Shown: positions 29,865 to 40,726, numbered from the stretch's first letter. The stretch is DNA of 64,000 nt from an uncultured Dehalococcoidia bacterium (GCA_964409595.1 CAYPDR010000021.1:11336-75335); one strand, 5' to 3'. Notes: generated by a model from the letters alone, not told the origin. A program made the numbers and translations.

Positions 29865-30754
29865 TCCCGATCATCAAAGTAGTGAGGCAATATGAACGAC
29901 TCGCCGTATTCACGTTAGGCAGGTTCAATGAACGAACAGGATTACGAGGACCCGGCCTCCAGATACTAATTTGGCCATTTCAAACTGCTAACCGAATTGA
30001 CTTACGAGAAGAAGTCATCAACATACCCAGACAAACAAATATTACTAGGGACAACGCGCCCATCGATATTGACTTTCTCGTTTACATGAGGCCTATGGAA
30101 GAAGAGGCACAGAAAGTGGTTCTGGAAGTTGTGAATTACCATCAAGCGGTCATAGGTATGGCCACCACAATACTAAGAGCCGTGATTGGGGAAATGACTA
30201 TCGACGATGTTTTGTCTCAGCGAGAGAGAATAAACCAGGAGCTCAGAGTCAAACTAGACGACACGACGGGAAGGTGGGGAATCAAAGTATCAGCCGTGGA
30301 GATTAAAGAGATCGAACCGGCACCACAGATACAGGAAGCGATGAACAGACAGATGTCTGCGGAGAGAATCCGAAGAGCTGACGTCACTGAAGCAGAAGGT
30401 AAAAGACAAGCATCCATTACTATTGCCGAAGGTGATAAACAAGCGGATATCCTTCGGGCAGAGGGAGCCCGACAGTCCGAAATACTCACCGCGGAAGGAG
30501 ATCAACAGGCCGCTGTGTTACGAGCTGAAGGCTTTAGCACCGCGCTTGAAAGAATATACCAAGTGGCCAGGGAGGTGGATGTAAACACGCTCAGCCTACA
30601 ATATTTTGAGACTTTAAAGGAAATGGGGAAAGGCGATTCGACAAAATTCATCTTCCCGATGGAATTCACGAAATTACTTGGCCCTTTCGCCAGCTTGCTT
30701 ACCGCCGCCGAAACTCCCCAAGGAGAAAAACAACCCTCAGAGACAGATAATTAG
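29861..30754 (+). CDS. SPFH/band-7 (stomatin/QmcA-like) protein
   Basis: YERLAVFTLGR, ITRDN, WGIKVSAVEIK, QMSAER, AEG repeats. ATGA overlap with nfeD. Confidence 0.9.
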   Translation: MIPIIKVVRQYERLAVFTLGRFNERTGLRGPGLQILIWPFQTANRIDLREEVINIPRQTNITRDNAPIDIDFLVYMRPMEEEAQKVVLEVVNYHQAVIGMATTILRAVIGEMTIDDVLSQRERINQELRVKLDDTTGRWGIKVSAVEIKEIEPAPQIQEAMNRQMSAERIRRADVTEAEGKRQASITIAEGDKQADILRAEGARQSEILTAEGDQQAAVLRAEGFSTALERIYQVAREVDVNTLSLQYFETLKEMGKGDSTKFIFPMEFTKLLGPFASLLTAAETPQGEKQPSETDN

Positions 30755-30857
30755 ATTGATCTCCAACCAAAACTTATAGAAAAACAACAGCTAAATTTAG
30801 CAAGCTCTTTCTGCTAATTTTTCTACAGTTGCAACTTCATGAAATTCTATGAAGTAG

Positions 30858-32354
30858 GTGTATCCTTCTGAGTGCCCTCAAATGAAACCAATTCGATTTA
30901 ATACGATTGCGAAAATTGAATATGCTTGGTGGGCGCTGCTTTCGAGCGCTTTTGCAATCCTAGGCACTGCACTAGACAGAGGGGTCATAAGCGTAGTCCT
31001 TCCAGACATTGCTGAGGATTTTTCGTCGGATATACCAACCGCCCAATGGGTAATCGTTATTTACCTGCTGGTTCTGACAGCGTTACTTCTCCCCATGGGA
31101 CGTTTGTCCGACGCTGTGGGGAAAAAGAGAGTAATAATCTTAGGACTATTAATATTCTCCTTTGGAGGAGTTGTCTGCTGTTTTTCTCAAACATTCCCTC
31201 TCCTGTTGACGGGCCGAATTTCCCAAGGTATAGGTGGAGCGATGGTACAAGGCACATCCTTTGCTATCGCTGTGGCAGCGTTTGGAGAAGGGCAGAGAGG
31301 CAAAGCAGTCGGCCTTGTAATGATCTTCGTAGGGCTTGGAAGCATTGCCGGCCCTGCAGTGGGAGGGTTTGCCGCCTCCTTAGCCGGCTGGCGCAGCGTA
31401 TTCATATTAACATCCGCAATAACAGGAGCAGGTGCCATTTTAGCTACGGCAGTATTAAGAGACGAGAGATCCTCAACTGATAGCTCAGATAGTAAATTCG
31501 ACTGGATAGGCTCTTTGTTGTTTATCTCGAGTCTAGGATCACTGTTGACTGGGATAACTATGGCTATAAGGTCGACTTGGTCACCTTTACCCACGGCGGT
31601 GGGTATTTGTTCTGCATTAATCTTTGGTTTTTTTTACGTGATTAGATCCCTTCGGGCTCAATCTCCTTTATTCGACGTACGGCTGTTCAAGTCTCCTCTT
31701 TTTGCGTGTTCGGTGGCGGCAATTCTGCTTGGCTTTATAGGAACATCAGCAGCAAATTTTCTACTTCCATTCTATTTGAAATATGGCTTGGGGTACTCCC
31801 CTAGAGAAGTAGGCATAGTGTTTGTACCTGCAGCCGCTGCGATGTCTATTCTCAGCCCATTCTCCGGAAAATTATCTGACGTTCACGGTACAAAACTATT
31901 TGCGTCGGGGGGCCTCTTTATTTCAACAATAGGACTATTATCACTTAGTGCGCTAAATCTATCGTCACACGGCTGGATGCCTCTTTTAGCGATGATTCCC
32001 GTGACCGCCGGCTTGGGCATCTTCTACGGGCCAAATAATAGTGCTACTTTAAGCGTAGCCAAGAACGAGGTACATGGTTCTGTAATAGGATTAATAAACT
32101 TAGTCCGCAATTCAGGAAATTTGATCGCGATACCTGTCTCGACAATCATCGTAACGGCCGTGATGTCCTCGTTAGGGTATGCCCCTGACCTCTCAGAAGT
32201 TACCTACAATTCCGACAAAAATATTATAGGATCGTTTGTATCTGGAATGCGAGTGGCATTCCTGATTCTCGCCGGAATAACTTTCCTAGGCTCCATGCTC
32301 TCATTCTATGACAACAAACTGCCGACGCATAAGACGCATCCCTATGGCGCTTAA
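30858..32354 (+). CDS. MFS transporter, DHA2 (14-TMS) type
   Basis: GRLSDAVGKK motif A, QGIGGA, GPAVGG, FDWIG, many TM segments. Start uncertain. Confidence 0.85.
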   Translation: MYPSECPQMKPIRFNTIAKIEYAWWALLSSAFAILGTALDRGVISVVLPDIAEDFSSDIPTAQWVIVIYLLVLTALLLPMGRLSDAVGKKRVIILGLLIFSFGGVVCCFSQTFPLLLTGRISQGIGGAMVQGTSFAIAVAAFGEGQRGKAVGLVMIFVGLGSIAGPAVGGFAASLAGWRSVFILTSAITGAGAILATAVLRDERSSTDSSDSKFDWIGSLLFISSLGSLLTGITMAIRSTWSPLPTAVGICSALIFGFFYVIRSLRAQSPLFDVRLFKSPLFACSVAAILLGFIGTSAANFLLPFYLKYGLGYSPREVGIVFVPAAAAMSILSPFSGKLSDVHGTKLFASGGLFISTIGLLSLSALNLSSHGWMPLLAMIPVTAGLGIFYGPNNSATLSVAKNEVHGSVIGLINLVRNSGNLIAIPVSTIIVTAVMSSLGYAPDLSEVTYNSDKNIIGSFVSGMRVAFLILAGITFLGSMLSFYDNKLPTHKTHPYGA

Positions 32355-32414
32355 ACTGGGTTTTAACCTACCTCACAATTGTAACCTGATACGGTCACAT
32401 CTATCTCCTAACGG

Positions 32415-33557
32415 TCATCTGTCCTGAACAGATCCGTCAAATCCTATTGGAGTATCTAATGTCTTGGGGTTTTCGGGGATGCTAAGAGACTCCTCATTGA
32501 TCTCAATCCCCAACCCGGGTCCGTCCGGTATAATGAGATATCCGTCTTCGAGCTGCAACGGGTTTACAAGCAACTCGCTTTTGGGCGGTTCCGATTCCCC
32601 TGTATATTCCTGCAATGCGAAATTCGGGATACACGCATCCAGTTGAACGCACGCTGCTGTACTGACCGGTGAAAGCGGATTATGGGGGATAACTTTCACA
32701 TGATGAGCCTCAGCCATGGCGGCCACTTTCTTACAGCCGGTCAGCCCCCCGCAGAGGCATAAGTCAGGCCTGACATAAGAGGCGGCTCTCCCTGCCAACA
32801 GTTGTTGGTATTCGAATATCGTCGTGAACCTTTCTCCCGTTGCGATTGGAATATTACACTTATCTGCAATTTCACCCATCAAAGCAGGGCTGTCCGGAAG
32901 CATGGGGTCTTCATAAAAAAAAGGGTTAAATTCTTCGAGCCTCCTTCCAAGCGAGATCCCCTCTGCTGGAGACATTTGCCTATGTATTTCAACGCAAATG
33001 TCAACGTATCTTCCCACAGCTTCCCGAACAGCAGCCACTCTCTCCACGGCCTCATCGGCCCATTCGTTATAAGACTTATGTAGATAATAGTCTGATGGAA
33101 AGGGGGTAAATCTGACAGCCGTGTAACCTTTCTTTACCGCGTCAGCTGCGTCTTTCGCTAAATCTTCGGCTGTGCCGCCCTCGCCAGAACCTACATGCAT
33201 ATAGCAACGAACTTTATCTCTTGTTTTTCCACCCATGAGATCATAGATGGGAACTTGAAGACGTTTACCTTTCACATCCCACAATGCAATATCGATCGCC
33301 GATAAGGCGCCCTGAACAACCGATCCCATGAAATGGGACGATCGGTACAGCCATTGGTAATGGTGCTCAATCTTATGTGGATCTTGTCCAATCAGATATG
33401 GTTCCATAGTCTCTATCATGGTTTTAGTCGGTCTTTGCCAACCATGTACTCCTCCCTCTCCTATTCCGACTGTACCGTCTTCACAGTGGATTTTTATTAG
33501 AAGCCATCTATCCCATAAAAAAGTCTCGATTTTTTCTATTTTTGTTGATCTGACCAA
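32415..33557 (-). CDS. Galactonate dehydratase-like enolase-superfamily enzyme
   Basis: RWLLIKI, SAIDIALWDVKGK, FYEDP, ATGER, PHNPLSP. TTG start 33557 after AAGGAG. Confidence 0.82.
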   Translation of the reverse strand: MVRSTKIEKIETFLWDRWLLIKIHCEDGTVGIGEGGVHGWQRPTKTMIETMEPYLIGQDPHKIEHHYQWLYRSSHFMGSVVQGALSAIDIALWDVKGKRLQVPIYDLMGGKTRDKVRCYMHVGSGEGGTAEDLAKDAADAVKKGYTAVRFTPFPSDYYLHKSYNEWADEAVERVAAVREAVGRYVDICVEIHRQMSPAEGISLGRRLEEFNPFFYEDPMLPDSPALMGEIADKCNIPIATGERFTTIFEYQQLLAGRAASYVRPDLCLCGGLTGCKKVAAMAEAHHVKVIPHNPLSPVSTAACVQLDACIPNFALQEYTGESEPPKSELLVNPLQLEDGYLIIPDGPGLGIEINEESLSIPENPKTLDTPIGFDGSVQDR

Positions 33558-33709
33558 CCTATACTCCTTGAGGTAGGATTTTATCCCTTGAATTATTCGT
33601 CGCCCGACTAGCATGACATTAGCACTGCATATAGTGTAAATATTGCTCGAGGCAATATCCATATGTAACATGGCTGGGCTAAGAACTATTTGATGCAATA
33701 GGAGCTCAC

Positions 33710-35371
33710 ATGACAAAGCTAATGTCCGGAAAACAGGCGGTACTTGAAATGCTCAAGGCCGAAGGCATTGAATACATTTTTGGAAACCCAGGCACCAGTG
33801 AAGGTCCGCTCGTGGATATGCTGGGAGAATATCCGGAGTTCAAATATATTATGGCGCTTCAAGAGAGCGTAGCTGTCGGGATGGGAGAATCTTTCGCTAG
33901 ATCCACTAATAAGACCTCTTTCGTGAGTCTACACGTTGATAGCGGCCTTGCTAACGGAATTGCTCTGATGCTAGATGCATTAAACACCGGTACTCCCATG
34001 GTTGTGACTTCAGCTAACTATGACTCCAGAAAGATAAGCGAAAATAAAACAGACCTTGCCAATCTAGTTCGGCCTGTCACTAAATGGTCTGTCGAACTAG
34101 ATCTACCAGACCAAATACCATCTGCCATGCGAAGGGCTTTCAATGAAGCAAATAGCCATCCTAAAGGCCCAGTCTATGTAGGATTTACTGCAAACGCACT
34201 GGAAGGAATGGCTGAAATGAATATAGTCCCCTCATCTCCGGTGTACGACGAGGTCCGACCCGACCCAAAAGCCATACAAAAAGCAGGAACACTACTCGCC
34301 CAATCCCGCAGTCCATTGATGATAGTCGGGGACAGAGTCTCAGATGACAAGGGGATTACTCAAGCAGTCAAATTGGCGGAATTGCTAGAACTTCCCGTAT
34401 ATCAATCCAGAGGAGCTGAAGTATCCTTCCCGACTACTCACCCACAGTACTTAGGAATTCATTCGCTGAGGGTAGCTAGAGATCGCGAATCCCTAAAAGG
34501 TTATGACGTTATTCTGACCGTAGGCATGGATACTTTCGACGAGCTTTTCTACTGGGGTGATGTCATTCTCAGTGAAAATACGCGGCTAATCCACTTAGAC
34601 TCGATCCCAGGAAGGGTAGGGAAAACGGAGCCAACAGAGATAGGTATTATTTCGAACTGCCGGGTTGGACTGCAACAACTCTTAGAAGATATCCGTCCTC
34701 GTTTAAAAAAATCTGGTCTGGGAAATCGATTGAAAGAAGTAACGAAGCAAGCGGCAAATATACGGAGAGAATTTGAGAATGATGCGAAACTTAAATGGGA
34801 AAACACACCGATTTCACCAGCACGAATGATGTATGAGTTATCCAAAGCGGTCCCGGACAACGCGATCATAGTAGATGATTCTGTAAGCAATCGGGGCGCT
34901 GTGAGGCATTATTTCAACGGAGAAACCAGAGACGACATTAGAGGGGTCAGGGGTCAATCGATCGGAGGTGGGATAGGGGCGACTATTGGAACTCAATGTG
35001 CATTTCCAAACCGCCCTGTATTCGGTGTCATCGGAGATGGAAGCGCTATGATGACCATACAGGGTCTATGGACCGCAGCGAATGATGATATACCCTGTGT
35101 CTTCGTAATATGCAATAACGGAATGTACAGAGTGCTGAAAGTGAATTTCAACATATACCAAACAGAGGTTCTCAAAGAAACTGAACCAGCCGGAGAAAAT
35201 CTGCTCTATTCCAATTTTGACACACCTTTTGATATATCGGAAATTGCGAAAGGAATGGGCTTGAATAGCGAAAGAATTACAGATCCCCTAGAAATTGCGC
35301 CTGCCGTCAATAGAGCTTTGACAGCAGGCAAAGCATCCGTTATAGACATTGTTATTGACGGTTCTTTATAG
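33710..35371 (+). CDS. TPP-dependent enzyme, benzoylformate decarboxylase-like
   Basis: FGNPGTSE, LQESVAVGM, GPVY, GDGSAMMTIQGLWT, CNNGMY. Confidence 0.85.
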   Translation: MTKLMSGKQAVLEMLKAEGIEYIFGNPGTSEGPLVDMLGEYPEFKYIMALQESVAVGMGESFARSTNKTSFVSLHVDSGLANGIALMLDALNTGTPMVVTSANYDSRKISENKTDLANLVRPVTKWSVELDLPDQIPSAMRRAFNEANSHPKGPVYVGFTANALEGMAEMNIVPSSPVYDEVRPDPKAIQKAGTLLAQSRSPLMIVGDRVSDDKGITQAVKLAELLELPVYQSRGAEVSFPTTHPQYLGIHSLRVARDRESLKGYDVILTVGMDTFDELFYWGDVILSENTRLIHLDSIPGRVGKTEPTEIGIISNCRVGLQQLLEDIRPRLKKSGLGNRLKEVTKQAANIRREFENDAKLKWENTPISPARMMYELSKAVPDNAIIVDDSVSNRGAVRHYFNGETRDDIRGVRGQSIGGGIGATIGTQCAFPNRPVFGVIGDGSAMMTIQGLWTAANDDIPCVFVICNNGMYRVLKVNFNIYQTEVLKETEPAGENLLYSNFDTPFDISEIAKGMGLNSERITDPLEIAPAVNRALTAGKASVIDIVIDGSL

Positions 35372-35523
35372 GAAACAGCCTGCAAAAAAATTACTTACGC
35401 CATCAACTTTAAATCAACTGCCACATATCTATGCCAGAGCTCTTGGAAGCTCAATCATAATCCCCGTAAGGGATGTTGTTTAAGTTAATTGAACGCGTGC
35501 ACGAATTAAAACGTTACTCAAAT

Positions 35524-36282
35524 TCACCCTCTACCTACGTATGGCATCTTAGTAGCCATAATTGTCACGAACTGAATATTCGCTTCTAGAGGCAGATTAC
35601 TTATATACAAAACCGTCTCACCAACATGGTCAACATTAAAAGTAGGTTCAACCTTGACCTCTCCATTGGCCTGAGCGACCCCATTTGACATTCGCTCCGT
35701 CATCGGTGTCGCTGCGTTGCCAACATCAACTTGGCTGCATACTATGTTATATTCCCTGCCATCTAATGAAATCTGCTTAGTAAGCCCGGTTACCGCGTGC
35801 TTCGTAGCGGTGTACGCCACTGACTCTGGTCTCGGCACATATGCAGATACAGAACCATTGTTGATTATGCGGCCGCCCATAGGAGATTGACTCTTCATCA
35901 TTTTCATGGCGTGCTGCGCACAAACAAAGCTCCCTGTAAGGTTCGTGTCGACAACTCTCTGCCAGTCCTCAAGGGGCAAGTCCTCCATGTGCATGCGTGG
36001 AGCACCCACTCCGGCATTATTGAACAAAACATCGACCCTCTCAAACCTCTTTCCGGTAATTGCAAAAAGTTCTGCTATAGAATCTGGGTCGCTCACATCT
36101 GTTGGAACAGCTAATGTCCGCGAATCGTCCGCTCCGGAGAGTTTTATAGTTTCATCCAGTGGTTCTCGCCGTCGACCAGCTAAAACCACAGAATACCCGT
36201 CCTTGAGCAAGTGGAGAACCGAACTTCTACCGATGCCACTGCCGGCCCCTGTAATGATTGCTACTTTTCCGTTCGAAGGCAT
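35524..36282 (-). CDS. Short-chain dehydrogenase/reductase
   Basis: [28 protein letters not shown]. Confidence 0.9.
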   Translation of the reverse strand: MPSNGKVAIITGAGSGIGRSSVLHLLKDGYSVVLAGRRREPLDETIKLSGADDSRTLAVPTDVSDPDSIAELFAITGKRFERVDVLFNNAGVGAPRMHMEDLPLEDWQRVVDTNLTGSFVCAQHAMKMMKSQSPMGGRIINNGSVSAYVPRPESVAYTATKHAVTGLTKQISLDGREYNIVCSQVDVGNAATPMTERMSNGVAQANGEVKVEPTFNVDHVGETVLYISNLPLEANIQFVTIMATKMPYVGRG

Positions 36283-36336
36283 TTAAGTACTCCTCTCTTA
36301 TTTGAACTCGCAATTTATGGCCCACATTATAGACGA

Positions 36337-37506
36337 CTAAAAAATCGTCTCCTCTCCAATTTTATGAAAATTTATCCATTCCCAATCTAAATCCACACCT
36401 ATACCGGGGCCGTCCGGAGCATAAACGTTCCCTTCGGGATCTATATCTCGAAGATCATCACCGTAATCTTTATAAACAGGAGATTTGGTACTCTCGATCT
36501 TAGGATGCACCAGTCCTAACTCATAAAAATTCGTATTGCGAATAGCCGACATAATATGCCTGTGAACTGGACCGGGCCCGTGTAACTCCATATCGAGGCC
36601 GAATCCTTCAGATGCGTGAGCAATCTTCATCGCACCGGTGATACCACCATCCTCATGTGCCCCACATCGAACATAGTCAGTTGCATCCGCCACAATGAAG
36701 TCCACATGCTGCTCAAGGAGGCGTATATGCTCAGTTTGAAGGAGTGGTGTTTTGACCATTTGTCTAAGCTTCCGATGAGCAAATTGTGAAACCCCATTAT
36801 CTTGAAATGGATCCTCCCACCAAAAAAAGTTTGCTTCATCGCACGCTCTTCCCAATTTTAACGCGTCGCCAAAATTTCTTATTTCACAGGCTGGGTCTAT
36901 AAGCAAGTCCAACTTCCCTGAAAACTTCTTTCCCAGGTTGATAACATTATTTACTTCCCTATCTATGTTGCTACGAGCAAGCCCCCAACCGTGAACTTTG
37001 AATGCCTTATAGCCAATCTCCATACATTCATATGCGAATTCCTCAAAATCTTCCGGCGTGGAAAGACCCGCATTTTCATCTCCGTGTAAGGTCGAAGCAT
37101 ATGCCTTCAAGGGTCTCCTTTCTCCCCCCAATAACCGGTATAGCGGCTCGTCATAAAATTTGCCAGCAATATCCCACAGACATATGTCTATGACGCTCAT
37201 ACCAAGCATAGCCCAGTGTCGTGATGCTCGCTTCAAATCGTTATAGATTGGCTCTCGAGCAAGAGCATTCTTACCGCTTAAGTAATTAGATATTAACTTT
37301 ATCTCAGCTAAGGCAGGGCCGCCCACTCCAGGGTATTCGCCGACAATTCCTTTATCTGTATGCACCCTCAATATTGAATCAGATTGCCTTGAATGTCCTC
37401 CTGGTTCATACACCTTGTTGAAAGTATTATAGTCCCTACCTAGATTATCGATTGTGTGTTCAAAATGGACGACATCTACTTTCGTAATTACAGGGGCTTC
37501 TTTCAT
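36337..37506 (-). CDS. Mandelate racemase/enolase-superfamily enzyme, paralog of 16204-17379
   Basis: IDICLWDIAGK, KVHGWG, IDPAC, WEDP, QTEH, DGGITGAMK, GPGIGV. Confidence 0.88.
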   Translation of the reverse strand: MKEAPVITKVDVVHFEHTIDNLGRDYNTFNKVYEPGGHSRQSDSILRVHTDKGIVGEYPGVGGPALAEIKLISNYLSGKNALAREPIYNDLKRASRHWAMLGMSVIDICLWDIAGKFYDEPLYRLLGGERRPLKAYASTLHGDENAGLSTPEDFEEFAYECMEIGYKAFKVHGWGLARSNIDREVNNVINLGKKFSGKLDLLIDPACEIRNFGDALKLGRACDEANFFWWEDPFQDNGVSQFAHRKLRQMVKTPLLQTEHIRLLEQHVDFIVADATDYVRCGAHEDGGITGAMKIAHASEGFGLDMELHGPGPVHRHIMSAIRNTNFYELGLVHPKIESTKSPVYKDYGDDLRDIDPEGNVYAPDGPGIGVDLDWEWINFHKIGEETIF

Positions 37507-37866
37507 AACTTATCCTTTTTAAATCAGAAGTATATTTCAAATGATCGTCTTATACGGAAGGTCGCAATTAGTATAAGGTTTTAAAAATGGTAGTTAGACG
37601 CTCAAGCTCAATAGTGTTCCTTTCGGCTCTTAAATGTAGTCGGTATATATGAACCGCGAAGCAAAACATGTGGTGTGGGTTGAAACCAGATCCTTTGAAG
37701 TATCCATTCTTATTGGCATATTGATCTACGGAACCTTACTCAGAACATTTCCTAATAGTTTGTCTATAATCAGACAAATTTATTGTATGGGTAATATTCC
37801 ACGTGGCCTATATTATCCCTTTCCTCCTAACTCAACCCGTGAGCTCACAGCTATCCGAAGTGGATC

Positions 37867-39108
37867 GTGTTAGAACCTATCCCCGTGTGGAGAGAGAGTA
37901 GATTATGGGCTCTCTCTATAGCGGAGACACTTGTATGGGCAAGCCTTTTCTATATTTTCCCAGCGTCGCTCTTGCGATGGAATACTCATTTTGGATGGTC
38001 AGTAGCCGATCTTTCTCTGGGATTTACTTATGCCCTCATCGCGTCAGCTATCAGTAGCATTATAGCCGGACATTTAATAGACAGAGGAAAGTCAAGATCA
38101 CTGATGACTGTGTGTACTTTAGTCGGTGCATGCTTAATCTCCCTTATCCCTTCCTTAACAAATTTATGGCAGTTTTACACAGTGTGGATTTTAATAGGGA
38201 TAGCATTGTCTGGGTGTCTTTACGAATCATGCTTTTCGTACCTAACAAGAACATTCCAAGAAGGAGCAAAACGACCAATCATCATGGTGACCATTTTCGC
38301 TGGATTCGCCAGTACGGTCTCTTATCCTACATCGGCCTACTTATCCAGAGTTTTCAGTTGGGAGGCCGGCATATACATCTTTGCCTTAGTAACATTTTTG
38401 ATAACCGCTCCCCTGTTCTGGTACGGAACCTCCATGAAAACAGTCGCCACTGTTAAAGAAGATCCCAGTAAGCATAGTCATGGGAGTCAGAACCAAGACA
38501 AACTTTCGATAACTCTTCGGGTTGTCATTCAAAACCCGATATTTTGGGGATTGCTCATAACTTTCACTACTTTGGCCCTGAACCAAGGAATGGTGATTAG
38601 CCAAATCTTCCCGCTACTCGAAAGTCGACAAATTTCCACTGGTCTTGCAATATTTCTGGCGTCCTGCATAGGACCCATGCAGGTCATAGCCAGGTTGCTA
38701 TTTTTCTGTGTGGAGTCACTTTCACGTAAGAACATCCCCATAGTCCGAGTCGCTCTTTTTTGCCAAATTTGTCTGGCCGTCTCTAGTATATCTCTTGTCT
38801 TTGGCGGAATATCTACCTCTGTCATAGTTTCCTTTGTGTTATTGCAAGGGGGGCCCTACGGCTTAGTCAGTATCATCAGACCGTTGATCACCGCTGAACT
38901 CCTAGGAAGAACTAATTTCGGAGTTATTTCTTCCATCGTGGGAATCGGCTTTGTTTGGGGATTTGCGATAGCACCGGGTATTGCAGGCAAAGTGGCGGAA
39001 CGTTGGAGCTATGATGAAGTGCTTTTGACCACGTTCTCCGCATCCGTTGTAGGTATTATTAGCCTGTTATTGACTCTACAATTGAAACGAATTTCTATAC
39101 AATCATAA
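37867..39108 (+). CDS. MFS transporter
   Basis: About 12 hydrophobic segments, GHLIDRG, AGFASTV, GPMQVIAR. Confidence 0.85.
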   Translation: MLEPIPVWRESRLWALSIAETLVWASLFYIFPASLLRWNTHFGWSVADLSLGFTYALIASAISSIIAGHLIDRGKSRSLMTVCTLVGACLISLIPSLTNLWQFYTVWILIGIALSGCLYESCFSYLTRTFQEGAKRPIIMVTIFAGFASTVSYPTSAYLSRVFSWEAGIYIFALVTFLITAPLFWYGTSMKTVATVKEDPSKHSHGSQNQDKLSITLRVVIQNPIFWGLLITFTTLALNQGMVISQIFPLLESRQISTGLAIFLASCIGPMQVIARLLFFCVESLSRKNIPIVRVALFCQICLAVSSISLVFGGISTSVIVSFVLLQGGPYGLVSIIRPLITAELLGRTNFGVISSIVGIGFVWGFAIAPGIAGKVAERWSYDEVLLTTFSASVVGIISLLLTLQLKRISIQS

Positions 39109-39449
39109 GGATTTAAATTCGTCGCCGTCGGGGAGGATTTGTATGGCGGAACTGGAAAGTCACCATTTAAGGCAGACATATTCGTATCAGGTCCGGAAAT
39201 AGAGGCCATAGGTACCCCCCCTAGGATAGAATGTCGGCAGCGACTGTGATTGAAGGAGGAGGGCTGCCTTCCGCTCCAGGATTCATTGACACTCATACCC
39301 ATTCCGACGGAATACCTTTAATTAATCCCCAACACCTCAATTCCCTAAGACGAGGGATATTAACAGAGATGCCAGATCAAGACGGACTATCTTACATTCC
39401 ACTATCAAAAGGAAATTATTCTGGAAGATCGATACCGTCAATTACATGA
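39109..39449 (+). pseudogene. Degraded N-terminal remnant of an N-acyl-D-amino-acid deacylase-type amidohydrolase
   Basis: Frame A: GEDLYGGTGKSPFKADIFVSGPEIEAIG. Frameshift near C7 (39215-39221). Frame B: APGFIDTHTHSD...DQDGLSYIPL. No start codon and no C-terminal portion. Confidence 0.7.
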
Positions 39450-39552
39450 AGGAATAACAGCAGTTGGGATTTTAAATAACCTAATTCCATAAATGATGAG
39501 ATAGATGGAGAAGCGAACGCGGTAAATAATATAGAGCACTACAAGGCAGCAC

Positions 39553-40047
39553 ATGGACAACAATGTTGATATAGAGAAAAAGGTTCAAACCACACTGGCT
39601 ACTCTTGGTGTCGTTTACAAGTGGATCGAAGTTGATCCTGAATTCGCAGACACATTAGATTTCTGCAAAAAATATGGTTTCGAAATGGAAGAGTCCGGGA
39701 ACACGATAATAGTCGCCTCTAAGAGGGGAGAGAAAAAATATGCCGCGTGCATCGTGTTGGGAACAGATAGACTTGACGTTAATAAGAAAGTTAAGGGTCT
39801 GATGGGCGTATCCAGACTATCTTTTGCAAGTGCAGAAGATACTATGCAACTAACGGGAATGATGATCGGAGGGGTCACCGCCTTCGCCCTGCCGAATTCG
39901 GTACCTCTTTACATTGATGCAAAAATCATGGAATTAGACAGGGTTATATTAGGCGGAGGAAGCAGGTCTGGAAAATTGAGCATCTCCCCTGGAGAATTAT
40001 TAAAAATACCTGACTCTGTAATAGTCGAAGGCCTTTCCCAATCTTAG
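39553..40047 (+). CDS. YbaK/EbsC (aminoacyl-tRNA deacylase-like) family protein
   Basis: RLDVNKKV, SFASAE, TGMMIGGVTAF, LGGGSRS. Confidence 0.8.
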   Translation: MDNNVDIEKKVQTTLATLGVVYKWIEVDPEFADTLDFCKKYGFEMEESGNTIIVASKRGEKKYAACIVLGTDRLDVNKKVKGLMGVSRLSFASAEDTMQLTGMMIGGVTAFALPNSVPLYIDAKIMELDRVILGGGSRSGKLSISPGELLKIPDSVIVEGLSQS

Positions 40048-40059
40048 TCAAAAAACGAA

Positions 40060-40683
40060 CTACTCAAAGTTTCCCCAGTCAAGTACATAATCCCGTTGAA
40101 CTTGTGTTTCTGGCGACCCCCTGAAGCTGCCTGCTACGTCTTTCCTTAGTTCTCTAATTGCGTTGAGCGCATCAAGACCGGACATCCCTTGGCTAACCAA
40201 ATAACAACCAACGACTGTACCGGTCCTTCCTAAACCCCTGAAACAATGTACATAAACGGACCTCCCATTATCTATCTCAGAGTCTATTAGATCCAAGATG
40301 GCTTTCATCACTATTTGGTCTGGAACATTCCGGTCCTCGACGGGGAAACTATAGTAATTGGTGCACTGAGAACGTTTTTGACGCTCCAAATGCAGACCAC
40401 TACGATATTCGGGACGTTCTCCTGATTCAGTAAGGTCTATAAAAGTGTCGATGCCTAAGTCAAGCAGGTTCCCTATCTTCTTGGGGGGATAATTCCAGGC
40501 TCTAAAATTACTTTTCCACAAGGCAACCGCTTGGTGAACAAGTGACGCCATAAGAGTGGCTGGGTTGAGAGAAAATTGGTTTCCAGGATATTCCCCTGCA
40601 GCAAGCTTGCTGTTGACTACCCAGTAGGCAAAAGGGGTTATTGATTCCTTACATTTTTGTGAAGTAGCATAATTGGAAGGCAT
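40060..40683 (-). CDS. Dual-specificity/protein-tyrosine phosphatase family protein
   Basis: VYVHCFRGLGRTG (HCx5R), AGEYPG, SPET. Start set at ATG 40683. Confidence 0.82.
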   Translation of the reverse strand: MPSNYATSQKCKESITPFAYWVVNSKLAAGEYPGNQFSLNPATLMASLVHQAVALWKSNFRAWNYPPKKIGNLLDLGIDTFIDLTESGERPEYRSGLHLERQKRSQCTNYYSFPVEDRNVPDQIVMKAILDLIDSEIDNGRSVYVHCFRGLGRTGTVVGCYLVSQGMSGLDALNAIRELRKDVAGSFRGSPETQVQRDYVLDWGNFE

Positions 40684-40726
40684 AAACTTAAGATAACACC
40701 ATCTTAAAAGTTTTTCAGAGGCTAAC

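Noticed and set aside
33558-33716. Long N-terminal extensions in the ORF track (also 5126-5251, 17380-17499, 40684-40740)
   Set aside because: Downstream starts match family N-termini and have SD or -10 signals; some extensions overlap divergent genes.
39215-39221. C7 tract as a phase-variation switch
   Set aside because: Restoring the frame would still give a start-less fragment of about 110 aa from a much larger enzyme family.
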